NCBI GenBank assembly: GCA_016187025.1
Contig: JACPKM010000004.1
Span: forward strand, 163,637-227,636
DNA from: Candidatus Daviesbacteria bacterium
Lineage (GTDB): Bacteria; Patescibacteriota; Microgenomatia; Daviesbacterales; UBA10151
Direction: 5' to 3'
Length of the DNA stretch: 64,000 nucleotides
In this document: positions 8,880-18,602 of the stretch, piece after piece
Numbering within the stretch: position 1 is the first letter of the stretch
Layout: the number at the start of each line of letters is the position of its first letter
Notes under the pieces: generated by a model
What the model was told of the DNA's origin: nothing
The model's database searches: none
Seen by the model: the letters and a program-made list of their open reading frames with translations, nothing else
Translations under genes and position numbers: made by a program

Positions 8880-10076
8880 ATGAATAGATTTAAAATTTTG
8901 CACAAAGATAAAAGTAGTCGGGTTGGTATTTTAAAAACAGCCCACGGAGAGATTGAAACACCTAATTTTATTCCAGTTGGCACTCAAGCCTCTGTAAAGG
9001 CTGTTTCTCCGAGAGATTTAAAAGAGCTAGGAGCTCAGGTAGTTTTGGCTAACACCTACCATCTAATGCTTCGTCCAGGTGCAAATTTAATAGAGGAGAT
9101 GGGTGGGTTGCATAAGTTTATGGGTTGGAACGGCCCGGTAATGACAGATTCAGGGGGCTTTCAGGTGTTTTCTTTAGGGTTGGCATTGGAACATGGCGTA
9201 GGGAAATTTTTACAAAACGAGTTTACTAAATCAAAACCCAGACTGAATAAAGTAACCGAAGAAGGAGTTATTTTTCAATCTCACATAGATGGTTCAAAAT
9301 ATACTTTGGATGCAGAAAAAAGCATAGATTTACAGGTTAAATTAGGGGCAGATTTAATTGTTGCCTTTGATGATTTGGAGTCACCACTTCACAGTTTTGA
9401 TGAAACCTTAAAATCGCTGGAACTGACTGAGAGGTGGGAGCAAAGAAGCCTTAAGGCTTTTAAAAAATATGCTAAAGCAGGTCAACTGCTTTATGGGGTA
9501 ACTCATGGAGGTGTTTTTGAAGATCTCAGGATTAGGTCCGCCAAGTTTGTTGACAAACACTTTGATGCAATAGCCTTGGGAGGGGCTCACGAGGATCGCA
9601 AAACCCTCTATAAAGTTGTAGAGTGGACTGTTGGTAGTATCTCTGAGGAAAAACCAAGGCATCTTCTAGGTATCGGTGAGGTGGAAGATCTGTTTAATTG
9701 TGTAGAAAGAGGGATAGATCTGTTTGACTGTGCAGCCCCCACCAGACGGGCAAGAAACGGTTCTTTATATGTTTCACCTGGTTCTGGAGATTATTCTTCT
9801 TTAAAAGGGTATCAGGCAAAAAATTACACTATTAACATTAAAACTTCTAAATTTTCTAAAGATAAAAATCCAATTGATAAAAATTGCAAATGTTTGTGTT
9901 GTACCAACTTTACCAGAGCCTATTTGCATCATTTATACTCTACTGGAGAAATTTTATACCATGAGCTGGCAAGTATTCATAATTTGTTTTTTGTAATTGA
10001 TTTAATGAAGAAGATAAGAGAGAGTATTGGCAACAACCGGTTTGATACATTAAAAAACTCATGGATTTCCTTTTAA
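8880..10076 (+). CDS. tgt: tRNA-guanine transglycosylase
   Basis: LANTYHL, TDSGGFQVFSL, DLFDC, Zn site CKCLCC...H. Confidence 0.95.
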   Translation: MNRFKILHKDKSSRVGILKTAHGEIETPNFIPVGTQASVKAVSPRDLKELGAQVVLANTYHLMLRPGANLIEEMGGLHKFMGWNGPVMTDSGGFQVFSLGLALEHGVGKFLQNEFTKSKPRLNKVTEEGVIFQSHIDGSKYTLDAEKSIDLQVKLGADLIVAFDDLESPLHSFDETLKSLELTERWEQRSLKAFKKYAKAGQLLYGVTHGGVFEDLRIRSAKFVDKHFDAIALGGAHEDRKTLYKVVEWTVGSISEEKPRHLLGIGEVEDLFNCVERGIDLFDCAAPTRRARNGSLYVSPGSGDYSSLKGYQAKNYTINIKTSKFSKDKNPIDKNCKCLCCTNFTRAYLHHLYSTGEILYHELASIHNLFFVIDLMKKIRESIGNNRFDTLKNSWISF

Positions 10077-10114
10077 AAAGCTAGGGCGATTATCTCAACC
10101 CTAGCTTTTTAAAA
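10071..10114. terminator. Bidirectional intrinsic terminator
   Basis: 16-bp perfect inverted repeat TTTTAAAAAGCTAGGG / CCCTAGCTTTTTAAAA between convergent genes. Confidence 0.85.
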
Positions 10115-10133
10115 TTCTTCATAATTAAAGAAT

Positions 10134-10409
10134 CTACATTCCGCCCATTCCTTGATTACCACCTGTTTGATCTCCACCGGTAGGATTTTCACCTCCCATA
10201 GGAGGAGCAGGGTTACTTATTGGTTGCTGCTCAACTGGAGCTGGTTCTGGAGCTTCCATTGGAACTGGTTGCTCAGTCACAGGTGCTGCAGGAGCAGAAG
10301 TTGGCATACCAACTGCTGGAGTTGCTGGTTGATCAGCTGGCGTTGGGTCAGCTGGCATTTGTGGTTGTGGAGCGTTTGGATCAGATGCTCCACCTTGATT
10401 TGGGTCCAT
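10134..10409 (-). CDS. Small Pro/Ala/Gln/Gly-rich disordered protein
   Basis: ATG at 10409 preceded by AGGAGGTG; own terminator downstream; low complexity. Confidence 0.7.
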   Translation of the reverse strand: MDPNQGGASDPNAPQPQMPADPTPADQPATPAVGMPTSAPAAPVTEQPVPMEAPEPAPVEQQPISNPAPPMGGENPTGGDQTGGNQGMGGM

Positions 10410-10553
10410 TAATAAATCACCTCCTTTTATAAAGACTTTTTTCACGATAACTTAATCAAAATTAGAAGTCAATCCACATAAATTTATATGTAACTTGTTG
10501 CGCTTAGATCTAAGGTATGTCTACAATTGAATAATAGGGGTGACTTGATTTTT

Positions 10554-11615
10554 ATGCCCAAAAGACCTGTCCGGAAAAAAAGTAAAACCAATTGGAAGAT
10601 TGCCCGATTTGATAATAAGCTTCACAAGAAAAATAAACTAGCCTTTGGTGTACTAGGTCTGCTGATATTTATTTTACTAATAGGTCAGACAGTAAATGCT
10701 GTATATAAACTATTTTCCCCTATAAACAACGAAAGAGAATCAAAGCGGCCATATAGTATAAGCAAAGATTTTAATATCAACTTAGTATTCAAAAGTAACC
10801 CATTTTCGCTGGTTAACTTTAATGCTGAAGAAAAAACAGTCACCCTCATAAATATTCCGGATGATATATATATCGATGTTCCTGGAGGCTTTGGTATCTG
10901 GCAAGTGAGGGCAATTCATAATTTAGGTGATACAAACAAGATCTTTGGAGGATGGAGTTTACTTAAAAGATCTTTTTCTAATCTATTTGGGTTACCAATT
11001 GATGGATATGTGGATTTAAAAAGCCAAAACACAAAAACAGGCACAGAAATTATCGATTCTTTAAGACAAAATCCTCTTAATGTTTGGTCGATACTATCTA
11101 ATGTAGAGGCTGATTTAACACCATGGGAGTTAATTAACCTAAAATTAATCTTTTCAGGTGTTCGTTTTGATAAAGTACAAACCATAGATTTGAAAAAATT
11201 CAAGCTTCTTGAAGAAAGCAAACTTGGGGATAGTACACCAATTCTGGTTGCAGATCCTTTTAAACTTGATAGCGCTGATATAGATTTTGTAGATAGAAAG
11301 ATCAGAAAAGAGCAGTTGGGTATTGCTATATTTAATGCAACAGATCATCCAGGACTTGCTCAAAAAGCTGCCAGAATAGTTAAAAATATTGGCGGTAATG
11401 TCATAGTAACTGGAAATACCATAAAAAAAGTAAAAGATACACAGGTTCTGACGCAAGATGACGAGGAGTCAGAGACAAAAAAGAGGTTAATGCAGATTTT
11501 TACCCGTAAATGTTTTAAAGATGAAGGATGTGATAGAATTACTGATGATCCTGAGGTGAATAGTTCGCGCGCTAAGATAAATATCATTCTCGGTGAAGAT
11601 TTTTATAGTTTTTAA
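10554..11615 (+). CDS. LCP-like protein with C-terminal LytR_C domain
   Basis: N-terminal TM; LINIPDDIYIDVPG and FGLPIDGYV (LCP-like); IAIFNATDHPGLA...IILGEDF (LytR_C). Confidence 0.8.
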   Translation: MPKRPVRKKSKTNWKIARFDNKLHKKNKLAFGVLGLLIFILLIGQTVNAVYKLFSPINNERESKRPYSISKDFNINLVFKSNPFSLVNFNAEEKTVTLINIPDDIYIDVPGGFGIWQVRAIHNLGDTNKIFGGWSLLKRSFSNLFGLPIDGYVDLKSQNTKTGTEIIDSLRQNPLNVWSILSNVEADLTPWELINLKLIFSGVRFDKVQTIDLKKFKLLEESKLGDSTPILVADPFKLDSADIDFVDRKIRKEQLGIAIFNATDHPGLAQKAARIVKNIGGNVIVTGNTIKKVKDTQVLTQDDEESETKKRLMQIFTRKCFKDEGCDRITDDPEVNSSRAKINIILGEDFYSF

Positions 11616-11633
11616 TAAATCTGCCTCTGATTT

Positions 11634-12377
11634 ATGATTCTTTGGCTAATATTATTCTTCTTGGTAATTGGAATTTCCCTTGTGTTGGCTTACCAGTCAA
11701 TGCAGGATTATTACGAAAGCCCTGTTTTTGCAAAGATTGAATATAGTCCATTTTTGGTCCGGCTACCTCAAAACTTTACAGTACAACTACTCGATAAGCT
11801 CCATACTGAAATTGCTAAAAAAGATTTTATATTAAGTATCGAGAGGCTGTTTAAGGGTGGCAAAACCGCACTTGTTTTATATGGACCAAGAGATATTTTA
11901 TTAAAATTTAGTAATCAGTTAAACTTACTTGAGCTTGAGGACTATACCAATATAGATAAAAACAGTATACAAGCCTGGGAAGCTGGGCCAAAAAATAATC
12001 AATCTTTTGATATTTCAGTTAATACTGATGTTTTTCAAAATCTACCACCGCTTTTGACAAATGAGCAGTTTTGGTGGCAAATAACCCTTCGGGCATCATC
12101 AAAACAGGCCAACAAATCAAAAGATAATACTCAGACCAGAGGACAAGTCTTTCAGGGACAAATCAGATCTGTTTTTTTTACTGAGGATTCAGGTAGAAGA
12201 TCTAAAATATCTGCCCAGTTGCAAGACTTGCTAAATGGTCAGTTGGTAAAAATTCCTCAACCCTTTACCAGTGGTCAAATCTTTGATTTCTATAAACAGA
12301 GAACTTTAGCAATAGGCCGGGGGGATCTTTTGATCCTACCTTCAGAGAGTTGGATAGTTTTATCAAGGGTTATCTAA
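11634..12377 (+). CDS. Membrane-anchored hypothetical protein
   Basis: 247-aa ORF with an N-terminal TM helix. Confidence 0.65.
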   Translation: MILWLILFFLVIGISLVLAYQSMQDYYESPVFAKIEYSPFLVRLPQNFTVQLLDKLHTEIAKKDFILSIERLFKGGKTALVLYGPRDILLKFSNQLNLLELEDYTNIDKNSIQAWEAGPKNNQSFDISVNTDVFQNLPPLLTNEQFWWQITLRASSKQANKSKDNTQTRGQVFQGQIRSVFFTEDSGRRSKISAQLQDLLNGQLVKIPQPFTSGQIFDFYKQRTLAIGRGDLLILPSESWIVLSRVI

Positions 12378-13132
12378 ACTTCTTGTTCTTCTGCTTCTTC
12401 GTACTCAGAGTTTTCACTATCACTTGTAGAATCATAAGAGGTAATAATTTCTGCAGTTGAGGAAGCAGGGTGAAAGTCCAGAAACGAAGGTTGATTTTTG
12501 AATCTCTTAGAGCGGAAAGCCTCTCTTATAAGTACAGTTAGTGAGTTTACTTTAACTGATTTGATATAGGTGTTGTATTTGTTTCCACCCTTAATAAGCC
12601 TTACAAGTCTATGAGATACATCATCTGGTAGGATGCCTAAATAGCTGCCATGCTGATCCAAAACAGTTATTTTGCGGTTTTTAATCTGTAACTCAACCTG
12701 CATACCACAATACGCTTTTGATAATTTTTGCGGTTCAGCAACCTTGGAAAGAGTTACGATTTTAGTTTTGCCAGGTTCTTGCAAAAATAACGAAGCAGTA
12801 AATTTTCTTAACTCTCCGTTTTGAACAAAATTATTTTGACTTACCATATTGTTTACTTCACCACTTTTTGAGGATTTTAAGATTTTTAAGTTTTTTGTAG
12901 CAATGGGGTTATATGGATCAGATTTTAAGGCTAGGTTGTAAAACTTTTTTGCTTGTTCGATTTTACCGAGTTCCATATAAGCTCTACCTAGGCGGGTTAG
13001 AGCATCTACGTTTTCAGGTTCAAGGCCGATAATTTGCTGGTTTAGTTTAACTGCTTCTTGCCAATTTGAGTTGAGAGCTGCATCAATTGCTAGTCGATAG
13101 AGTTGGGAAGAGGAGAGTGTGGAGTCGTCCAT
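12374..13132 (-). CDS. TPR protein with C-terminal HIRAN-like region and acidic tail
   Basis: TPR repeats (ALTRLGRAYMELGK); YLGILP..VSHRL segment; ATG at 13132 lies downstream of a consensus promoter. Confidence 0.75.
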   Translation of the reverse strand: MDDSTLSSSQLYRLAIDAALNSNWQEAVKLNQQIIGLEPENVDALTRLGRAYMELGKIEQAKKFYNLALKSDPYNPIATKNLKILKSSKSGEVNNMVSQNNFVQNGELRKFTASLFLQEPGKTKIVTLSKVAEPQKLSKAYCGMQVELQIKNRKITVLDQHGSYLGILPDDVSHRLVRLIKGGNKYNTYIKSVKVNSLTVLIREAFRSKRFKNQPSFLDFHPASSTAEIITSYDSTSDSENSEYEEAEEQEV

Positions 13133-13145
13133 CGCTAAGTATGTG

Positions 13146-13174
13146 AGTATAAGTAGATGGATCCTGATTGTCAA
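13146..13174 (-). promoter_or_regulatory. Sigma70-type promoter
   Basis: TTGACA-N17-TATACT on the minus strand, upstream of the TPR gene. Confidence 0.75.
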
Positions 13175-13213
13175 TGCTTCGTATTTACTTAGGGAAAGCA
13201 CCAATCCTTATTC

Positions 13214-13242
13214 TTGAAAAATTGATTCTCACAAGATAAGAT
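13214..13242 (+). promoter_or_regulatory. Sigma70-type promoter of yebC (near-leaderless)
   Basis: TTGAAA-N17-TAAGAT, 8 nt before the ATG. Confidence 0.6.
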
Positions 13243-13250
13243 TTACCAGT

Positions 13251-14006
13251 ATGTCAGGGCATTCTAAATGGTCAACTATAAAGCGCCAAAAAGGCGTAGC
13301 AGATATCAAAAAGGGCTTAACTTTTACTAAGCTTGCAAATGCTATTACCTTGGTAGCTAAGTTAACCAATTCAGGAGACCCTAACTCCAATCCCAGGCTT
13401 CGCACTATTTTGGAAGAAGCCAGAGAGGTAAATATGCCTAAAGAAAATATCCAGAGGGCTATAGACAGAGGCTTGGGTAATCTTCCAGGGCAAATTATTG
13501 AAGAAGTAACTTATGAGGGTTTTGGGCCCGCTAAAGTGGCATTTTATATTGAAGGGGTAACAGACAATAAGTTAAGAACTTTACAAGAGATCAAAAACCT
13601 ATTTGAAAGAAGCGGGGGATCTCTAGGTAGCCAAGGGAGCACATCCTATATGTTTGATAAAAAGGGTGAGATTAGGGTGAAATCCAAAGGTGGTAGCAAA
13701 GATGATGAGATGTTGGAGCTAATTGATTTGGGTGCAGGGGACGTGGAGGAGTTTGAGGAGGATAATATACAAAAGTATTTAGTCTATGTGGAAAGCCCAG
13801 AATTAAATACTATGAGTATTAATATTACTCAGGCCGGATTTGTAGTAGAATCTGCAGCAATTGTCTTTAAACCCAATATATTGACTGAGGTTACTGATAA
13901 AGAAAATGCTCAAAAGGTTTTGGAATTTACCGGGAAGCTAGAGGAGCATGATGATATTCAAAAGGTGTTTGCAAACTTTGATATTCCAGATAATCTGCTT
14001 GACTAA
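13251..14006 (+). CDS. yebC: YebC/PmpR family protein
   Basis: MSGHSKWSTIKRQK, NPRLR, YEGFGP and DDIQKVFAN motifs. Confidence 0.95.
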   Translation: MSGHSKWSTIKRQKGVADIKKGLTFTKLANAITLVAKLTNSGDPNSNPRLRTILEEAREVNMPKENIQRAIDRGLGNLPGQIIEEVTYEGFGPAKVAFYIEGVTDNKLRTLQEIKNLFERSGGSLGSQGSTSYMFDKKGEIRVKSKGGSKDDEMLELIDLGAGDVEEFEEDNIQKYLVYVESPELNTMSINITQAGFVVESAAIVFKPNILTEVTDKENAQKVLEFTGKLEEHDDIQKVFANFDIPDNLLD

Positions 14007-14051
14007 ATTTAATATTTGCGAAGTTTAGTGAATCTGTTATATTAGCAGCTA

Positions 14052-15182
14052 ATGAAAAAACTGCATTATGAGTCTTCGGGTGACAACTATAAATTTAAGG
14101 ACCCTTTTAAGCTAATTGCGCTAAACTATTCACAAAAAACAAAAAATAATTTAAAAAGGTTTAAAAGATATGGACTTGAGATTGTGGATGTTTCACAAAG
14201 CCGGGGTGAATCTGCCTACCGTATCCAAATAAAATCTGGTAAGCTTTCAGATTTTCAATTGGCTCATGTGGAGGAAAGCATTGGAACAAAAAACATTATT
14301 GCAGATGAGCTGGCAACTATCTATGGAAAGAGCTTTTATTTTAATAGTGCAATAGATAATGCTGCTTGTATCTTTAACGATTTATCAACCTGTGGTGCTT
14401 TTCCTTTAACTTTTATGCTGCATGTAGCAGCTTACCCTAATGAGTGGTATGCAGATTTAGACAGGTGGAAAGGGTTAATAGAAGGTACAGCAGCAGCGTG
14501 TGATATGGCTGGTGCATCTTGGGGGGGAGGAGAGTCAGCAACTGACAGAGATATTATAATCAAAGGAAAATCACTATTATCCGGTTCTGCTACAGGTATT
14601 ATTTTTCCATCATCAAAGGCATTATCAGAAGAAAATCTTAGAGATGGAGATAGAATCATTCTGCTTAAAAGCAGTGGAGTTCATGCCAATGGAATAACTC
14701 TTTTAAGACGCGAGCTTCTAAAAAGGCTTCCAAAAGGCTATAAAACAAAGCTATCTGATGGTTCAACATATGGGGAAGCTTTAATTACGCAAACGGTAAT
14801 ATATTCAAAATTAGTAGAAGAGGCTATTTTAAATTGTGATGTGCATTATGCAGTTCATATTACTGGGCATGGATGGAGAAAAATTATGAGAGCAAAAAAA
14901 CCATTTTGTTATATGATTGAGGGGATCCCTGTGCCTCAACCAATTTACGGTTTAATCAAAAAATATTCTGACTCTTCTGAGAAAGATATGTATGATACCT
15001 ACAATATGGGAGCTGGATTTGCTTTATTTGTTCCAAGAGAAAGTGTTCAAAAAATTATGCAAATTGCCAAGAAAAACAAAATTCAGGCACTAGATGCAGG
15101 GTTTGTACAAAAAGGTCCTAAGCAAGTAGTAATAAAACCCTTGGGGTTAACCTTTACTACAGAAGATATGAGTATTAGGTAG
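14052..15182 (+). CDS. purM: AIR synthetase (divergent PurM)
   Basis: EESIGTK, GGESA, SSGVHANG, HITGHG, TYNMGAG. Confidence 0.88.
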   Translation: MKKLHYESSGDNYKFKDPFKLIALNYSQKTKNNLKRFKRYGLEIVDVSQSRGESAYRIQIKSGKLSDFQLAHVEESIGTKNIIADELATIYGKSFYFNSAIDNAACIFNDLSTCGAFPLTFMLHVAAYPNEWYADLDRWKGLIEGTAAACDMAGASWGGGESATDRDIIIKGKSLLSGSATGIIFPSSKALSEENLRDGDRIILLKSSGVHANGITLLRRELLKRLPKGYKTKLSDGSTYGEALITQTVIYSKLVEEAILNCDVHYAVHITGHGWRKIMRAKKPFCYMIEGIPVPQPIYGLIKKYSDSSEKDMYDTYNMGAGFALFVPRESVQKIMQIAKKNKIQALDAGFVQKGPKQVVIKPLGLTFTTEDMSIR

Positions 15183-15248
15183 CTAAATTTCACCTCTTTC
15201 ATTTTTTAGAGGGTTTGTATATATTGATAAGCATTCACCTAACAACTC

Positions 15249-17297
15249 ATGGGGAAGGGCACAGACAATGATTATATTAATCATGAAATACTAGGGGAAA
15301 AGTGCGGGGTTTTTGGGGTACTAGGGAAAGGCTTTGAAGCAGCTCGTTTGGTGCATCCTGGTTTATGGGCGCTTCAACATAGAGGGCAAGAGTCTTCAGG
15401 TATCGCTTCCTCTGATGGAAAAAGAATCCACTCTAAATCAGGTATAGGACTGGTAGCTCATGTTTTCCAAGAAGAGGACATAAAAAAATTGAAGGGATTT
15501 TTGGCAATTGGGCATAACCGTTATTCAACTTCAGGTTCATCAACTGAGCATTGCCAGCCTGTTGTCCGCTCAGCTGGTAAGAGGCAATCAATTGCTCTTG
15601 CTCATAATGGTAACCTACCATCAACTAAAGCCTTAGAAGACTTCTTAAAGAGTAAAAAAGTATCCATAAAAGGATTAAATGATTCAGAGATGATGACTGA
15701 GGCGATTGCATATTTTATGAGACAAGGATCTTCTTTGGTAAATGCTATTAAAAAAGCCTACCCGTTATTTACAGGGGTTTTTTCTCTTTTGGTGATGGAT
15801 AAAAGCAAAATTGTAGCCCTAAGAGATAGTAAAGGGATTAGACCATTGTGTATTGGAAAGCTAGATAAAGGTTTTGTTTTTGCCTCCGAAACATGTGCAC
15901 TAGATACAGTAGGGGCAGAATACTTACAAGAGGTGAAACCAGGGGAGATGGTGGTATTGAGCAAAAATGGTCTAAATTGTATTCAGCTGGAAAAGGGAGA
16001 AGAAAAACTTGATATATTCGAGTTTATTTATTTTGCCAGGCCTGATTCTGTTTTACTGGGAAAAAGCCTTGATCAAATAAGGCAAAATCTTGGTAAAGAG
16101 CTTGCCAAAGAATATCCTATTAAAGCAGATGTGGTGATTCCTGTACCTGATTCGGCAATACCTGCAGCACTGGGATTTTCTAAAGAATCTGGTATTCCTT
16201 TTGAGATGGCATTGATTAAAAACCGTTATATACATAGAACATTTATTCATCCAGAGGAACATATTCGAGGAAAAATCGTACAAATTAAACTAAACCCAAT
16301 GCCGCATTTAATAAAAGGCAAAGATGTAATCGTTATTGATGATTCTATAGTAAGAGGTACAACCTCAAGGCAATTAATAAACATGCTAAAGAAATCCGGA
16401 GCAAAAAAAATACATTTGATGGTAAGCTCTCCTCCGGTCAGGTTTCCGGATTTTTATGGAATCAACACTCCAGATCAAAATGAGTTAATTGCAGCAAAAA
16501 TGAGTATCGAAGAGATTAGAAAAACAATCGGAGCAGATTCTCTCAACTATCTGTCATACAAGGGATTGGTAAAAGCAACCGGATTACTAGAGAGTTCGTT
16601 TTGTATGTCGTGCCTTAATGGCACTTATCCTGTAGATATTGGCGAAAAAGCAAAAACTGTCAGATATAATGTTGCCACAAATGGGATCCCCAAAAAAAGA
16701 CTTGCTGTATTAATCTCCAATAAAGGAACAGGGACAAATTTACAAGCAATCATAGATGGTATAGAAAGTGGAAAAATAAATGGTCAAATTGCAGTGGTTA
16801 TTTCTGATACAGAGCAGTCTTTAGGATTAAATAGAGCAAAAAAATATAATATAGAAATTGCTATTAATAAGAAAAAAGAAGACTTGCTAAACTTACTAAA
16901 AAAATACAACCCTGATTTTATTTGTTTAGCCGGATGGAAACAAATAATTACATTTGATGTTATTAAACATTTTTCCAACAAAGTTTTAAATGTTCATCCT
17001 GGATTAATTCCTGAGAAAATAAACGGATTTGTTAAAAATCCTGATGGTACAAAAGCTCTTTGGAATAAGGGTAAGTTAACAGATCTAGCTATCCAAAACT
17101 TTTTAAAGGCAAAAGCAACTTATGCAGGATCAACAGTGCATTTTTTATCAGAAGAGTTTGATTTTGGATTGGTGTTAGGGAGGGCATTTGTTAAAACAGC
17201 CCCAAAAGATAATGTGGAGTCTTTGTACCAGAGGCTAAAGAGCAAAGAACATGAAATTTATGTGGAGGCTTTATCAAAGTTATGCCGGGAATGTTAG
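15249..17297 (+). CDS. purF: Amidophosphoribosyltransferase fused to GAR formyltransferase (PurF-PurN)
   Basis: CGVFG after a propeptide, QHRGQ, HNRYST, DDSIVRGTT; C-terminal ~200 aa has GTNLQAII, LAGW, NVHPG and TVHF...D of PurN. Confidence 0.93.
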   Translation: MGKGTDNDYINHEILGEKCGVFGVLGKGFEAARLVHPGLWALQHRGQESSGIASSDGKRIHSKSGIGLVAHVFQEEDIKKLKGFLAIGHNRYSTSGSSTEHCQPVVRSAGKRQSIALAHNGNLPSTKALEDFLKSKKVSIKGLNDSEMMTEAIAYFMRQGSSLVNAIKKAYPLFTGVFSLLVMDKSKIVALRDSKGIRPLCIGKLDKGFVFASETCALDTVGAEYLQEVKPGEMVVLSKNGLNCIQLEKGEEKLDIFEFIYFARPDSVLLGKSLDQIRQNLGKELAKEYPIKADVVIPVPDSAIPAALGFSKESGIPFEMALIKNRYIHRTFIHPEEHIRGKIVQIKLNPMPHLIKGKDVIVIDDSIVRGTTSRQLINMLKKSGAKKIHLMVSSPPVRFPDFYGINTPDQNELIAAKMSIEEIRKTIGADSLNYLSYKGLVKATGLLESSFCMSCLNGTYPVDIGEKAKTVRYNVATNGIPKKRLAVLISNKGTGTNLQAIIDGIESGKINGQIAVVISDTEQSLGLNRAKKYNIEIAINKKKEDLLNLLKKYNPDFICLAGWKQIITFDVIKHFSNKVLNVHPGLIPEKINGFVKNPDGTKALWNKGKLTDLAIQNFLKAKATYAGSTVHFLSEEFDFGLVLGRAFVKTAPKDNVESLYQRLKSKEHEIYVEALSKLCREC

Positions 17298-18598
17298 GAA
17301 AAACAGTTCTTATTACAGATGGTGGAGGAAGAGGTGCTGCCTTAGTTGATAAATACGGCCAAAGCAAATATGTAAAAAAAATTATTGTCGTTCCTGGAAA
17401 TGACTTAATGCAAATAAATACTAAAACCCAAGTTAAAATCTTTCCTGATTTGAAAACCACCAGCATTTCAGAAATTTTACAAATCTGCAAAAAAGAAAAA
17501 GTAGATTTAGCAGATGTCGCTCAAGATAATGCCGTAGAAGTTGGGCTGACAAATGAATTAGAAAAAATTAATATTACTGTGGTTGGTCCTACTAGAGAAG
17601 CTGGACAAATTGAATGGGATAAAGCTTGGGCAAGAGAATTTATGGAAAGAAATAATCTGCCATCTCCAGCTTTTAAAATATGCACATCTGAAAGAGAAGG
17701 AATGGATTTTTTAAAAAAACAAAAAGATTCCTCATGGTTTATAAAAGCCTCAGGTCTCGCAGAAGGTAAAGGTGCACTTCCTGCTAGAAATAATGCAGAG
17801 GGTATAGAGAAAATAAAACAGTTGAAAAGTTTTGGCAAAGCAGCGCAAACTTACTTAATTGAGGAATGGTTGGTAGGTGAAGAGTTTTCAGCATTTGCTT
17901 TGTGTGATGGGAAAGACTTTATTTTTGTTGGTTGTGCACAGGATCATAAAAGAGTAAATAATTTTGACCAAGGAGAAAATACAGGCGGTATGGGATGTGT
18001 TTCAAATCCCTTATTAATAACAGACTCTATAAAAAAACAAATTAACACAATTTTTAGAAAAACTATTAATGGACTGATTAAAGAAAAACGAGATTATAAA
18101 GGTGTTTTATACTTGGGGGGAATGGTAGTTTTAGGGAAAGTTTATATTATTGAGTTTAACGCTAGATGGGGAGATCCAGAAGCACAAGTAATTTTACCAG
18201 GTATCAAAAATGATTTATATAAAGTAAGTTTGGCAATTTCCAATGGAAAATTAAATAATCTAAAAATTAAAACAGATCATTTAGTACGGGTTATTGTAAC
18301 CGCAGCATCAAAGGGTTACCCTGTTGATTACTCAAAAGCCAAAGGTAAAAAGATTTTTGGTATTAGTGAGGCTGTTGGTATTAAAGGAGTGAGCTTATAT
18401 GGGGCTGGAATTAAAAGAGTGGGAAAAGATTATTTAGTAAACGGTGGAAGAGTTTTATATACTGTAGGCTCTGGAAAAAACGTTATTGAAGCAAGGATGA
18501 AAGCATATCAGGTAATGAGTTTGATAAGCATTGAAGAAAATAATTTACACTACAGAACAGACATTGGTTGGAGAGATGTTGAGCGAATGAGAAATTAA
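17282..18598 (+). CDS. purD: Phosphoribosylamine--glycine ligase
   Basis: KASGLAEGKG, QDHKR, NTGGMG, EFNARWGDPE, YRTDIG. Confidence 0.95.
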   Translation: MPGMLGKTVLITDGGGRGAALVDKYGQSKYVKKIIVVPGNDLMQINTKTQVKIFPDLKTTSISEILQICKKEKVDLADVAQDNAVEVGLTNELEKINITVVGPTREAGQIEWDKAWAREFMERNNLPSPAFKICTSEREGMDFLKKQKDSSWFIKASGLAEGKGALPARNNAEGIEKIKQLKSFGKAAQTYLIEEWLVGEEFSAFALCDGKDFIFVGCAQDHKRVNNFDQGENTGGMGCVSNPLLITDSIKKQINTIFRKTINGLIKEKRDYKGVLYLGGMVVLGKVYIIEFNARWGDPEAQVILPGIKNDLYKVSLAISNGKLNNLKIKTDHLVRVIVTAASKGYPVDYSKAKGKKIFGISEAVGIKGVSLYGAGIKRVGKDYLVNGGRVLYTVGSGKNVIEARMKAYQVMSLISIEENNLHYRTDIGWRDVERMRN

Positions 18599-18602
18599 AA
18601 TT

